A stretch of 64,000 nt of DNA, taken from Carcharhinus amblyrhynchos (Eukaryota). Position 1 is the first letter of the stretch, and the number at the start of each line of letters is the position of its first letter. This document shows positions 1-11,172 of this stretch, piece after piece. The stretch is from the NCBI GenBank assembly GCA_965287045.1, contig OZ336885.1, forward strand, positions 24,056,001 through 24,120,000, read 5' to 3'. The notes beneath the pieces are model-generated. The model was not told the DNA's origin, did not search any database, and saw nothing but the letters and a program-made list of their open reading frames with translations. The position numbers and the translations under genes are program-made.

Positions 1-366
1 TTTGCCTTCCTGTATAACAGAGGTGAAAGGACAGTCTGCAAAAACCTGCAGTGTAAAGCAGTCACAAAAACATTCTCTTCCTGATGGTAGAGCTCACTGC
101 CTTTTGGAGAATTTTTGTGTCGGTTATGTTAAATTTAGCCCATTAGTAGGAGAGAATACATAAGAACATGAGAAATAGGAGCAGGAATGCACATGCTTCA
201 CTATTCTCTTTGTTATGAGTGGCCTTAAGAGATGGATTTAAATGAACTGAAACTATAGTATATTCATTAATCTAATTTGTGTAAACTAAACGTGCTAGAC
301 TGTTTCTCATCAGTCCACTTTCAGGAAGAAAGAAGATGCGTGCGACGACATCTGCAGGATTTTGTA

Positions 367-665
367 ATTCAGTCACAGGATGTGAGTGTCATTGTCCTTA
401 TTGCGTTTATTGCCCTTCCCTAATTGCCTTTGGGAAGGTGGTGGTGAGCTGCAACCTTGAAGCATTATAGGTATAGGTACATCCATAGTGCTGTTAGAGA
501 GGGAGATTCAGGATTTGGAGCCAGTGACAGTGAAGGAATGGCGATATAGTTAGGATGGTGTGTGCCTTGGAGCGGAACTTTCATGTGGTGGTGTTCCCAT
601 GCATCTGTTGACCTTACCCTTCTAGGTTGTAGAGGTCATGGTTTTGGAAGGTGCTATCGAAGGAA
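367..665 (-). mobile_element. 3' end of a CR1/L2-group LINE (same family as 39066-41870)
   Basis: Colinear with 39066-39370 (ggatgtg...tttattgccc.tccctaattgcc...aaggtggtggtgagc...cagtgacagtgaaggaa...tttggaaggtgct), which continues into RT-coding sequence. Confidence 0.8.
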
Positions 666-1435
666 GATTACAAATCATGAGAGGTTGTTTCATTGTTTTG
701 ATCCCAGGACCAAGCTACCATAAGATTATATATAGGGAAATGAAGGTAAATTCCTTTCATAGGGATGCAAAGGCAATCCACCAAGCACTGCTTTTACCAA
801 TTTTGAGAATATTTAATGCTGAAATTAGTTACAGTCTCCTTCATTTGGACTTGACCTTTTTGACCTTCCTGAAAATGTTCATTGTAGAAGTTTCTAACAG
901 AAATAGCACAAAGATTGAAACGGATTGTATTGGGAGCTAGCCACTGAAGAATTAAAGCCTAGAAGCTACTGTTGACAATATTAGCATGTGAAGATTTAAT
1001 GTATTTGAAACAAATAGGGTAAAACCTCTGTTGAAATAGAAATGGAAAATTGCGTTATGAATACATTAAGCATTTATACCTTAATATCTGAGATAGTAAT
1101 TTCTAGATTTAAAACAGTTAGGGAGAGTGTTTTATGGTTTGTAGAAAAAGCTTTATGGCTCTGTTCAAAGTGTTTCTATAGGTTGTCATTAGGATCTTCT
1201 TTTTTTCTAAAGAGGTTAATATCATATGAACCTGCTCTGCATTTATTCACTAATGTAACCAACAGCAATTTTTAACATCACATATTCATATTAATTAAGT
1301 TACAGAAATCAGGTACTGCCTTGATTAATGTCTTTTATGGCATTTTTCCATAGTATTTTGTTTATATGTATGTCACAACTTTTGAATGATCGCTCCTGAT
1401 TTAAGGCTTGGCATTTCAACTTTCCCTAATTCGCG

Positions 1436-1760
1436 GTAAATTTTCTGAGAGCATAGGTTTTCTGTAGACAACTAGCTGAAAGCTGCTAAATCATCAAGAC
1501 CCTGAAATGACACCAAGGGATACTAATGTGCAAATGATTAATGTTTTTTGTCTGAAATTTCTCTCACCGGTATTTTATTGGCGATGTTAACAGATGTATT
1601 TTAAACACGTTAATGTCGCTGCTGAAATAGCAACCCAAAGAATTTCAGATGAACACATTCGGCATTCATGTATGTGTATCTCACAGCATAATTTCAGAGC
1701 ATTTGTACAATCTTTGTGCAAAAACTGGCACATTGACAATTGCGCTAGAATGAAATATTA
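1436..1760. repeat. Old imperfect palindromic (foldback/MITE-like) repeat
   Basis: ctgaaatt...tattttattggcgatgttaac (about 1552-1590) pairs with gttaatgtcgctgctgaaata...aatttcag (about 1609-1648); outer arms are weaker. Confidence 0.5.
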
Positions 1761-2574
1761 AACAGAATGGTAACATAGTAATGATTTGCATTTATATAGC
1801 ATTTCTTCGGGAAGACAAGCCAGCGTACTTTAAAATAATGAGAAAGGGATACAGTGGACATCAACATTCAGGAATGAGTGAGACATGCAGAGGCTAGAAA
1901 AGGCAATCAAAATCTGAATGATTAGCACTGGAATCTACCAAAAACTCAGCAGCTAAGTGTGCTTTTCACATTCCCAGAGTTTGTGCATAACCTACATCTA
2001 CCAGTAATTCAGAACAGTTCCTGAAAGAAAATTAATTTTTACTGACCCATTGAGAGGGCTTGATTATGGAACCACCTCTTCACTTTCTGAGCACATATCT
2101 GGCACATTTTTAAATATGTTCATCAGCACTTCTAGATGGACAGCAACAAGGGCCCTTGGTTTGAATGTTACTTACCAATGCTCTTCTTTGTCCTATTGAT
2201 TAAGAATGTTGTCAAGGAAAACAAGGGAGCAGTCCCTTTATTTGCCTTTTCACTAAGAAGGGGAAAATCAAGAATGGCCATTTTTGATTGTTAAAAGCAT
2301 ATGGGGAAAATTTTTAATGAGCAAGTAACCCTCTCCCCCACATTCACGGCAAGTGAAAACTGCACATGGTGTATCTCACAAATTTAGATGTTTCCAAGCA
2401 TTGGTGCTTTCCTGGGCTGGAGGTGATACCAGTAAGCATTAAGCTCCGTAAATGTTCTGACTAGTATTTGTTAAAAGTATAAAAACCCAAACCTTTCCTG
2501 TTGAAAATAAAGCTAAATTAAGAAGTATTTGCACTCAGTGATCACTGGATTAAAGCATAAGCTGACCATAGATG

Positions 2575-2690
2575 CATTAGGTTAGGTGCATTGACCCAAA
2601 CAGGCACTGGAGTGTGGCGACTTGAGGAATTTCACAGTAACTTCATTGCAGTGTTAATGTAAGCCTTACCTGTGATTAAGACATAAACTT
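2575..2690 (+). mobile_element. HE1-type V-SINE 3' fragment, tail type B, internally deleted
   Basis: ttaggtgcattg...aacaggcactggagtgtggcgact...tttcacagtaacttcattgcagtgttaatgtaagcc matches 39600-39720. Confidence 0.8.
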
Positions 2691-3676
2691 TTGACTTTTC
2701 AAAGGTCGGCTTTATCATTAGGACATGTCTTTGTATTGGGAAGAAATTGTACTCATGATACTTTAGGCTCATCGTGCCCACGGTTAATTTTTCACTGATA
2801 TTCTCGAGTGTCACATTAGAGGGGCGGTCGGTTATTAGCAGATCTCAAGTGAACTGTCTATGACTGTGTGCTGCAAGGTGATGAGATTGCTGTGATAAAT
2901 ACCCTCATGCTCTGTTTCGGCAAGAATGTGTTTGACTCCCCTGGGGATAAATACACGAATTGAGTCAAGGCATTAATCGGTAGTATTGTAAAAAGTCAGT
3001 TTCTTGTGGATGTGAATCCCACCCGAACTGTTCAGCAAAATCCGTGATGCCTGGTAAGCTGAATTTCAGAGTTGCAGCAATTGCATAACAAATAGACAAA
3101 ATAATAGATTCCCCCTGTCATTATTCTGAGGAGTACAAAATTAACCTTGAGCAATGATGCCAGCATGAATTAATAAATGATTACCTAAATTTACATAAAA
3201 TGTACAATTCAGGGACAATCCAGTTGGTTTATGATAATATTTACGGTCCACGCAAATCTCTGCACACCACTCACCATGTAATTCTTTCACTGTATCCTTT
3301 TTTTCCTCTCCTATATCGTAAATATACTAAGGAAAAAAGATTACTTAGATTCAACTGGAGAATCATCATTTGTTGAGAGAAGGAAACTTCCACATGCCAT
3401 TCTTCCTCATTTTCTCACTTCAGGATTTGTCACTTGCGGTTTTCTCAGTGTGCACATTTTCTGGATCTGCTTATCATATTTTTCAATAAGGATGATTTTC
3501 CACCCCGAAACACAAAAGATGAAAAAATAAAATCTTGCAAACAAGGGCAACAAGTCATGGACAATGCCATCAGGGAAGATCTATCTAAAGACGCCTCCTG
3601 TAGCTAAAAGTTGTGAATATATGTTTTTGGATTTTTTAAAAAAGCAGTCAGAATCTGACCCATCGTCCTTTTTGCA

Positions 3677-4192
3677 GCGGCATGGTGGCACAGTGGTCAG
3701 CAGCACTGCTGCCACACAGTGCCACTGACCCAGGTTCAATTCCCGGTTTGGGTCACTGTCTGTGTGGAATTTGCACATTCTCCCCATGTCTGGGTGAGTT
3801 TCTTTGAGGTGCTCTAGTTTGCTCCCACAGTCCAAAGAAGTGTGGGTTAGGTGGATTGGCCTTGCTGAATTGCCTGTTAGTGTTAGGGGAACTAGCAAGG
3901 TAAATGCACTTGGCACTAGAGAGAGAGAGAGCTCTACAATCAGAAAGGGAGAGACCTAAGTCTACCTTCACGAACCCAAAACAGCACTTCTGCCACAAAG
4001 AGTGATGAAAGAGGCACTTACATTTGTGGAGCTTGCAATTCCACCTCCCTCTCACTGCTGAGTTTTCAGTCTGTATTTCAACTTGGGATTTTTTTAACAT
4101 CAAATGATGCATGACGTTGTGGGCATAGGGGTGGGATTGTGGTCAGTGCAGACTCAATGGGCCAAATGGCTTCCTACATTATAGGATTCTGT
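3677..4192 (+). mobile_element. HE1 V-SINE (CR1/HER1-type tail A), interrupted by a 199-bp insert at 3909-4107
   Basis: A box tggcacagtgg, B box ggttcaattcc, V-domain body, tail gtgcagactcaatgggccaaatggc...ggattct; insert flanked by TGCA on both sides. Confidence 0.9.
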
Positions 4193-4459
4193 GGATCAGT
4201 TATTTAACCCTTTTAAGCAAGGCACAAACTTAGAAGAATGATTATTATATTGAGAGGACTGTCCTTTATTCTTCCACTCTAATGCTGGCCCCAAAATTAT
4301 TGCCAAAGCAATAACTCTGCATCAGGGCAGTGATGTCTGTGGAAGAAATTAAGTATGCAAGTGATTACAGTTTTGTTATTGCTTTGTAGTAAGCACTGAA
4401 GCCACCAAGCGCAGGCATTTATAAAACACCTTTACATGGAGTTTGTCTGAATCTACAGA

Positions 4460-4572
4460 CCTATGCTGGTGTTTATCTTCACGTGTCCTCTTCCTCTTCT
4501 TCATAACCCTATTAACATATCCTTCTATTCCTCTCTCTCCATCTCGTGCTACCTAGCTTCCCTTTAAATGCA
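4460..4572 (-). mobile_element. CR1 LINE 3' fragment
   Basis: ctatgctggtgtttat...catatccttctattcct...ctagcttccctttaaatgca resembles the reverse complement of a shark CR1 3' end. Confidence 0.6.
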
Positions 4573-4899
4573 TCATTTGATATTTAAAAAATCCCAGGTT
4601 GAAATACAGATTGGAAACTCAGCAGTGAGTAGGAGGTGGGAGTTGCAAACTCCACAATGTATTCCTTGTTGGCTTGGAGGAGCAAAAATGCTGTTTTTGG
4701 GTCCATGAAGGTAGACTTTGGTCTCTCTCTTTCTGATTGTAGGACTCTCTTTCTCTCTCTAGCGCCAAGTGTAGACATGATTGCCAGAGACAGCCCCCAG
4801 CTGCAATCTCCTCCACTTGCCAGCCATTTGGCTGATAGCTGAGCGGGAAAAGGAATGGAAAACATTATTGGCGTGCTGCCTTTGAGCACTAAGGAGTAG

Positions 4900-5243
4900 T
4901 GAATTCCACTTTGAGAGAAGTAGTTACTCCTCAACTCTGTTTTAAATTTGCAACCCCTTATCCTAAGACATTGACCTGTCATCCTAGAATGCCCCACCAA
5001 TGGAAGCCTCCACTCCTTGTCTACTTTATCCATACCTTTTATCATCTTGTACATCTCAATTTGATCTTCCTTCATTCTTTCAAATTCCAAAGAGTATGGG
5101 CCTAAACCTGTCAATTTCGCTTCGTACGACAAATCCTTCATCTCTTGCATCAATCTGGTGAACCTACTCAACTCCAATGCCACTACATCTTTCCTTAAAT
5201 ACAAGGACCAAAACTGTGCACAATATTCCAGGTGTAGCCTCAC
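4900..5243 (-). mobile_element. CR1 LINE ORF2 C-terminal fragment
   Basis: RLHLEYCAQFWSLYLRKDVVALE...LSYEAKL..LGPYSLE...YKMIKGMDKVD...GQCLRIRG.KFKTELRSNYFSQ matches CR1 ORF2 C-terminal motifs. Confidence 0.9.
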
Positions 5244-5519
5244 TTATATATCAACAAAGTGATCATATTACAGCTGCCATGCATAAATCACATCTAAATT
5301 TGTGAGATAAATCACAAAAATACCTGTTAGAAACTTTATCATTCGATGCTTGCATATAATATTACTCTAAGGGTATTAATTGATCTTGTGCTGTAAGCCA
5401 CTTCCACCTGAAAGCTTTCCTATAATAATTGTTGTAACTAAAGAAATTCTTGGTGTGCATTCCCTAACTGCTGACTCAATCCCACCCCCCCCCCCACCCC
5501 CAACTCCCCTCCCCGGTCC

Positions 5520-6256
5520 TTGGCAACAGTCTGAGATTGAGCCAGTCTGTTCGCAATCTTGATGTCACGTTTGATCCCAAGTTGAACTTCTGTCCTCATT
5601 TTAGGGCCATCACTAAGGCTGCCTATTTCCACCTACATAAAGTAGCCAATTTTGACCTGTCTCAGCTCATCCATATGTTGTTGACCAGGAGCCAGTGTAG
5701 GTCAGTAAGCACAGGGATCATAAGGGAATTCAACCTGCTGCTAGTCAAGACATGGTCAGTAGAGTTTTGGATGACCTCAAGTTTACGGAGAGTAAAATGC
5801 AAGAGATCATCCAGGAATGCATTGGAAAAGTCCAGTCCAGAGGTAACAATGCTATCTGATTTTAAAATTCTCATGCTGGCTTTCAAATCCCTCAATGGCT
5901 TTGTCTCTCTCTCTCTCTGTTTCTGAAATCACTTTTAGCCCCATGATCTCCCGAGTTATCTGTGCACCTCCAGTTCTGGTCTGTTGTGTATTCCCAACAA
6001 TAATTGTTCCTCCAATAGTGTCTGACCCTTCAGTTGCCTAGACCACAAGCTCTGGAATGCTCTTCCTCCACCTCTCTACCTCCTTACTTTGCTTTCATCC
6101 CTTAACACACTCATTAAAACCTATCTTTTTGACCAGCTTTTGGTTATCTGACTGAAATGTCTCCTTACATGTCTCTGTGTCATATTTTGAAAAATGTTCT
6201 CGTGAAGTGCTTTGAAACATTTCATTAGGTGCTACAGAAATATACGTTGTTGTTAC
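5520..6256 (+). mobile_element. L2 LINE ORF2 C-terminus and 3' UTR with an internal inversion (~5675-5853)
   Basis: Plus strand VRNLDVTFDPKLNF..H...ITKAAYFHL; minus strand VTSGLDFSNAFL...KLEVIQNS...IPVLTDLHWL; plus strand DFKILMLAFKSLNG; tail ggtgctacagaaatatacgttgttgtt. Confidence 0.88.
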
Positions 6257-6309
6257 TATTATTGTTAAGTATTTGAAATAACTCTTGTGAGACAGAAGTG
6301 TCATTTATA

Positions 6310-6680
6310 GAATTACACAAAAATTACACAATGGAAACAGGCTGTTTGGCCAAACCAATCTGGCATTTATTCTCCACACAGAGCAATCCTAATCCAATGT
6401 TCTCACTCTATTTCTATACCCCTTTATTTTTTTTTAGTCCTATCCAGCCTATTCTTAACTATTGAACCTCTGCATCAATCATTAACTCTGTGATGCAGTC
6501 CACAATCTCACAACCTTCTCTGTAGCTCTCTCCTAAATTTCATAACTAATATTATATCAACAGCCCCCTCCTTCTTGACCCCTAAATTACTAGTAAAAGT
6601 CTGTTTCTACTTCCTCAATCCCATCCCACGAGATTGTCATGTTGATTGAGATGAAATTCTCAAATTTAAAATCTATAGAT
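6310..6680 (-). mobile_element. Old CR1 3' fragment
   Basis: atagaattacaca..ggaaacaggctgtttggcc tail start; ccacaatctcacaacc resembles the RVVRLW-coding segment. Confidence 0.55.
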
Positions 6681-7432
6681 GTTGTTAAATAAGGATATCA
6701 AGGGATATGGAGAAAATTAGACCCATGAGCCAAAAAGCACTTTTTTTTGTGTGCTACTCAGACTGTTGAGCGCATAAATGCATCGCCTACCCTATTGGGT
6801 AAGGCAAAAAAAACTCCCTTTCCTCAAGTCTGATACAGCAATTAAATCCTTTTTCTTAATGCAAATACTTGCCTCCTGCTTAGTTGAGACCCCGCCCAAG
6901 ATTTGATTGTGATAAGGAAGACAATCACAAAATTAGTGATACCAGGCCTAGGGATTTGCATCGTCTCCTCTCTGCTCACCATCCCAGGTCCCAAACACTC
7001 TTTGAGGTGAAGCAGCGCTTCACATGCACCTCCTTTAACCTGGTCTATTGCATTCACTGCTCCCAAAGCGGTCCACTCTAAATTGGAGCAACCAAACAGA
7101 CTGGATGACCACTTTGCAGAACAGCTTTGGTCCATCTGCAAGCACAACCCAGACCTTTCTGTCGCTGGCAATTCAACACACCACTATGCTCTCCTGTCCT
7201 CATGTCCATCCTCAACCTTTTGCAATGTTCAAGTGAGGCCCAATGAAACCTGGAGGAACAGCACCTCATCTTCCATATTTTACAGCCTTCTGGACTGAAC
7301 ATTGAGTTCAACAACTTCAGAGGATGAACTCTGCCCTCCACCTTCACCCCATTCCCATTTATTTTGTTTCATTTCTTTTCATTTTATTCATCCATTTTTA
7401 ATACTTCATATTCATATTACCTCATATTTATT

Positions 7433-7736
7433 TTTGCTTTCATCCCTTACACACTCATTAAAACCTAGCTTTTTGACCAGCTTTTGGTTATCTGACCGAA
7501 ATGTCTCCTTACATGTCTCTGTGTCAAATTTTGAAAAATGTTCTCGTGAAGTGCTTTGAAACATTTCATTAGGTGCTACAGGAATATAAGTTGTTGTTAC
7601 TATTATTGTTAAGTATTTGAAATAACTCTTGTGAAGCAAAAGTGTCATTTATAGAATTACACAATGGAAACAGGCTGTTTGGCCAAACCAATCTGGCATT
7701 TATTCTCCACACAGGGAGCAATCCTAATCCAATGTT
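7433..7736 (+). repeat. Direct duplicate of 6088-6401 inserted in the Penelope 3' UTR
   Basis: About 305 bp nearly identical to 6088-6401 (L2 tail + spacer + CR1 tail start). Confidence 0.95.
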
Positions 7737-8073
7737 TGAAATCTTGCTTTCCATCTTGTTTTCTAACTCCACCGCACCCCCCCCTCACCCCAGGACCAAT
7801 TAGCCACATTCCTTAAGTTGTTCTTTGACAACCTGTACCTTTGTTCTGCCATTTACACATTTCGATCTCTTAACGGACACTCTTAGCACCTTTCTCAACC
7901 TTTATCATCACCACACACATTCCTTTTGTCCAACTAGAGCGCCTCTCCCCACATCCACCCACCCCCTCACCCCCACAACCTCCCCACCCTCATAGTACAA
8001 ATCTTGGCTTATTTTCTTTGTCTTTAGCTCTAACAAAGGATCATCCAGACTCGAAACATTGGCTGTATTCTCT

Positions 8074-8171
8074 AGTGGCTTTTGCTAACAAATAAACCTG
8101 TTGGACTTTAACTTGGTGTTATGAGACTTCTTACTGTGTTTACCCCAGTCCAACGCCAGCATCTCCACATT
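8074..8171 (+). mobile_element. Short terminal fragment of a second retroelement (probably Penelope-type) nested in the Penelope tail
   Basis: aaataaacctgttggactttaacttggtgttatgagacttcttactgtg...ccagtccaacgccagcatctccaca, flanked by tattctct at 8066-8073 and 8172-8179. Confidence 0.65.
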
Positions 8172-8535
8172 TATTCTCTCTCCACAGATGCTGTCAGGCC
8201 TTCTGTCCAGCACTTTCCATTTTTGTTGTGCTAGGCATTTTCTGCTGGTGCCAATCAAGTTGACTTGACCTGATTGAGCAGCCTTTGTGTGCATTTAGAT
8301 ATTTCAATAACTTAAAAGGTTTAAAAATTTCTAGTTGTTTCTGTGGGTGAGGGTCAAGGTAGCGATGTGGAGTGGGTGAGGAATGGCCGGCAGTGGCCCA
8401 TGATTTTAATGTGGACCTTCTCCCAATTTCATATTTGAGTAAATGTATTGTTTAAAACTTAACCTTTTTGCTGGTAGCCTGCAACAATACGATTAAGGGT
8501 GCACATAAACCTGGTATGCATCCTTGATGGCCATC

Positions 8536-8785
8536 ATAAAAAAATCTGTAATTAAGAATGTATTGATGACCATGAAACCATGGTCGATTGTCAAAAAACC
8601 CATCTGGTTCCCCTACTGTCCTTTAGGGAAGGCAATCTGCTGTCCTTACCTGATCTGGCCTACATGTAACCCCGGATCCATGGCAATGTGGTTGATTCTC
8701 AAGTGCCCTCAGGCGACTAGGGATGGGCAGTAAATGCCCGTCAGCCAGCGATGCCCATTCGTGTCCCATGATTGAATAAAAAAAA
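8536..8785 (+). mobile_element. tRNA-derived SINE family C, 5'-truncated
   Basis: Reverse-complement match to 9746-9980; tail ctagggatgggcagtaaatg...agccagcgatgccc..gtcccatgattgaataaaa. Confidence 0.85.
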
Positions 8786-8802
8786 CTGTAAAGCGGTTAC
8801 CC

Positions 8803-8876
8803 AGCGCTGCTTCACCCGCAAAGAGTGTTTGGGATCAGGGATGGTGAGCAGGGAGGAGGTGACGGAAATCCCTAGG
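8803..8876 (-). repeat. Inverted copy of the Penelope 5' junction (6947-7019)
   Basis: Reverse complement reads cctagggatttccgtcacctcctccctgctcaccatccctgatcccaaacactctttgcgggtgaagcagcgct. Confidence 0.85.
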
Positions 8877-9745
8877 TTCCTGATGGCTGCATTCAGAGCA
8901 AACCAATTTGGTAAGGCAGGTGCTAAGTAAGTGTTGGGCCACTAGCCAGTAGCTACAAGGAGTCTAATGCCTAAAAGAGGCGTGTGACTTGGACGCCTTT
9001 CCTGTAACCTAGACCTAATCTTGGGCAAACAGTGTATTTCTGGCTCTGAATGGGTGGGTGTACACTGCCCACTATATTGGATGCTACAGCCTCACTTTAT
9101 GATTGTAATGCAGATGCAGCATTATTTAATTCCTAGGCCAGGGTTTATGACAGCATGGATTTTTCTGCCAAGAAACAGAAAGGCAGATTCTTGGAAAGTA
9201 GGTGACACCTCACAGAGCTGGAGAGACAAACCCATTTCAGATAAAGCTTTTGAAACTTTAAACCTAATAGCAGAGAGAGAAATGTTGTTCCAATCAGTGT
9301 TTCTGTGCTCAAGCGCGTCTCATAGGAACAAGAGTAGACTATTTAGCCCTCAAGCTTGTTGCTTAGTTCCTGGCCCAGATATTCGCCAAGTCAGAACAAC
9401 TTCAGAGCTCTATAACCATAGTGGATAGGACCCAATTCTGGGACTTCTGCAACACCCCCTGCCCCCTCCCATTCCCTTTTCCAGCAATTTTTGCCAACAC
9501 AGAATAAGGGTGAGGGTAGCCTTTCAGCATGGAGCACTCCCACTCTTGCCAACTCTGTTGCAAGGGTGGGAAGTCCAATCCACCCCCACAATTATTGTGG
9601 AGTCCAGCTCATTATCTGAGAACATATGGCTGATGTACTCAGAGGAGCCGTGAACACCAGTCCCAAGTGAGGAACAAGAAAACAATCACCTGAATTCTTT
9701 CACTGACAAGCCTCCAAAATATGAAAAAATAATGTTCTTTCAGTC

Positions 9746-10094
9746 TTTTTTCATTCATCGGACATGGGCATCGCTGGCTGACCAGCATTTATTGTCCATC
9801 CCTAGTCACCTGAAGGCAGCTGAGAATCAGCCACATTGCTGTGGTTCCGGAGTCACATATATGCCAGATCAGGTAAGGACGGCAGATTTCTTTCCCTAAA
9901 GGACGCTAGGGGAACCAAATGGGTTTTTCTAACAATTGACCATGGTCATCAGTACATTCTTAATTACAGATTTTTTTATTGAATTCAAATTCCACCAGCT
10001 GCTGTGGTGGGATTCAAACCTGAATCCCCAGCACATTAGCTACATTTCTGTATTACTAGTCTCGTGATAATACCACTAAGCCATCACCTACCCC
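9746..10094 (-). mobile_element. tRNA-derived SINE family C, full length
   Basis: Minus strand has A box tggcttagtgg and B box ggtttgaatccc; its 3' tail is shared with the LINE at 367 and 39066. Confidence 0.88.
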
Positions 10095-10639
10095 TAATAG
10101 CTATTTGTAAGTTAGAGCTGTTTTTACTGCTGTTACTGATAATAAAGTTTGCATTGTGTAAGTATTGAGATGCATTTGTATACTTTTCCTATTTGGAAAA
10201 GTAATATTATGCATTTGAAACTGAAGAAAACAATGCCTGGGAACTCTGAAAATTGAAAAAAGATTGCACTGCAGCTTTCCCTTGGAGGAAAAGGGCAGGT
10301 TGGTGATGAGGGTTTGAGGGCCTGGTATCCATCACCACAACTAGCCGACGCCACGTTAAATGGAGCCAGGCATTCTGGCCGGCTGGCCTCGCCATCCACT
10401 TACCTCTGTTGCTGCCTCATGCTGCCTCCAGAGGCAGCGAGACGGACTCCATCTTACTCCACCACCACCTCCTCAGTACGAAAATATGGCTAGGAAGGGG
10501 GCCCCTTTTAGAAGGATGTGGATCTGCCGTGTTGTGAAGTTTCCTGTATCTAACGTCTCACTTCCACAACGGAAATTGAATCCTCAATCTCTCAGCTTGG
10601 CTGACTTCTACAATGTGATAAAGTGCAAGAAACCTCGAG

Positions 10640-11172
10640 GGGCGGGATTTTCTGTTCCTGTTTTTGGCGGACGAGAATGGAGGAGCAGGCACAGAGTTGA
10701 GCAGAAGAGAAACGGTGAACTGGTGAGCAGAACCTGCCAAGGACGCACAGGGGAGTACAACCCCTGAAGCAAAAGGGTCATGCCCAGGGCAGTGCCCTGG
10801 CACTGCTCCAATACTGCCCCCACTCCCCCGCATTGCCCTTGGCACTACCCCATCAGGGGGCGGTACCAGAGAGCGTTCCCATGGAGAGATGCCAGGGGTT
10901 TGGTGTTTTTTGGGAGCAGGGGTACAGGTGGAGCACCTACGTCCGCAGCTGGGACAATTCTGTTGCGGTGGGAGAGGGTGGGGTCCTCTATTCTATTTTC
11001 ACCTTTTCACATTGAGGCGACGTTCAAAAAAATGGCGCTCTGATCTGTCAAGAGCTGAGGTTGCTGATGGAGCAGACTCTTTCAGAGGCCACCCTGCCAG
11101 CGTGACGTCATGGGACCCTCCCTCGTGTACTTTTTTGACTATGCGCCACTCGTATGTTGGGAAAAGCCGGCA
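10640..11172. mobile_element. GC-rich non-autonomous Harbinger-like DNA element
   Basis: Starts ggggcgggattttc and ends gggaaaagccggc, a degenerate TIR of the type seen in other MITEs here. Confidence 0.55.

Larger units (their letters stand above)
6947..8227 (+). mobile_element. Penelope-like retroelement, 5'-truncated (GIY-YIG endonuclease region plus 3' UTR)
   Basis: FEVKQRFTCTSFNLVYCIHCSQSGPL*IG..K.RLDDHFAEQLWSI matches Penelope GIY-YIG, with a stop and frameshifts; 3' end tcatccagactcgaaac...ctctccacagatgctg. Confidence 0.88.

Noticed and set aside
4584-5243. Longest ORF (219 aa) as a novel gene
   Set aside because: It is a chance read-through from a CR1 ORF2 fragment into unrelated sequence, with no splice or promoter support
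5483-5514. C-tract / G-quadruplex as a regulatory element
   Set aside because: A simple homopolymer at an L2 boundary with no supporting context
6947-7330. Homing or repair GIY-YIG nuclease gene
   Set aside because: It has a stop in the YIG motif and is followed by a Penelope 3' UTR
9990-10094. tRNA gene (also the HE1 heads)
   Set aside because: A and B boxes run directly into SINE bodies and tails, and I see no complete cloverleaf
10640-11172. CpG-island promoter
   Set aside because: The GC-rich block is bounded by MITE-type TIRs and is better explained as a transposon
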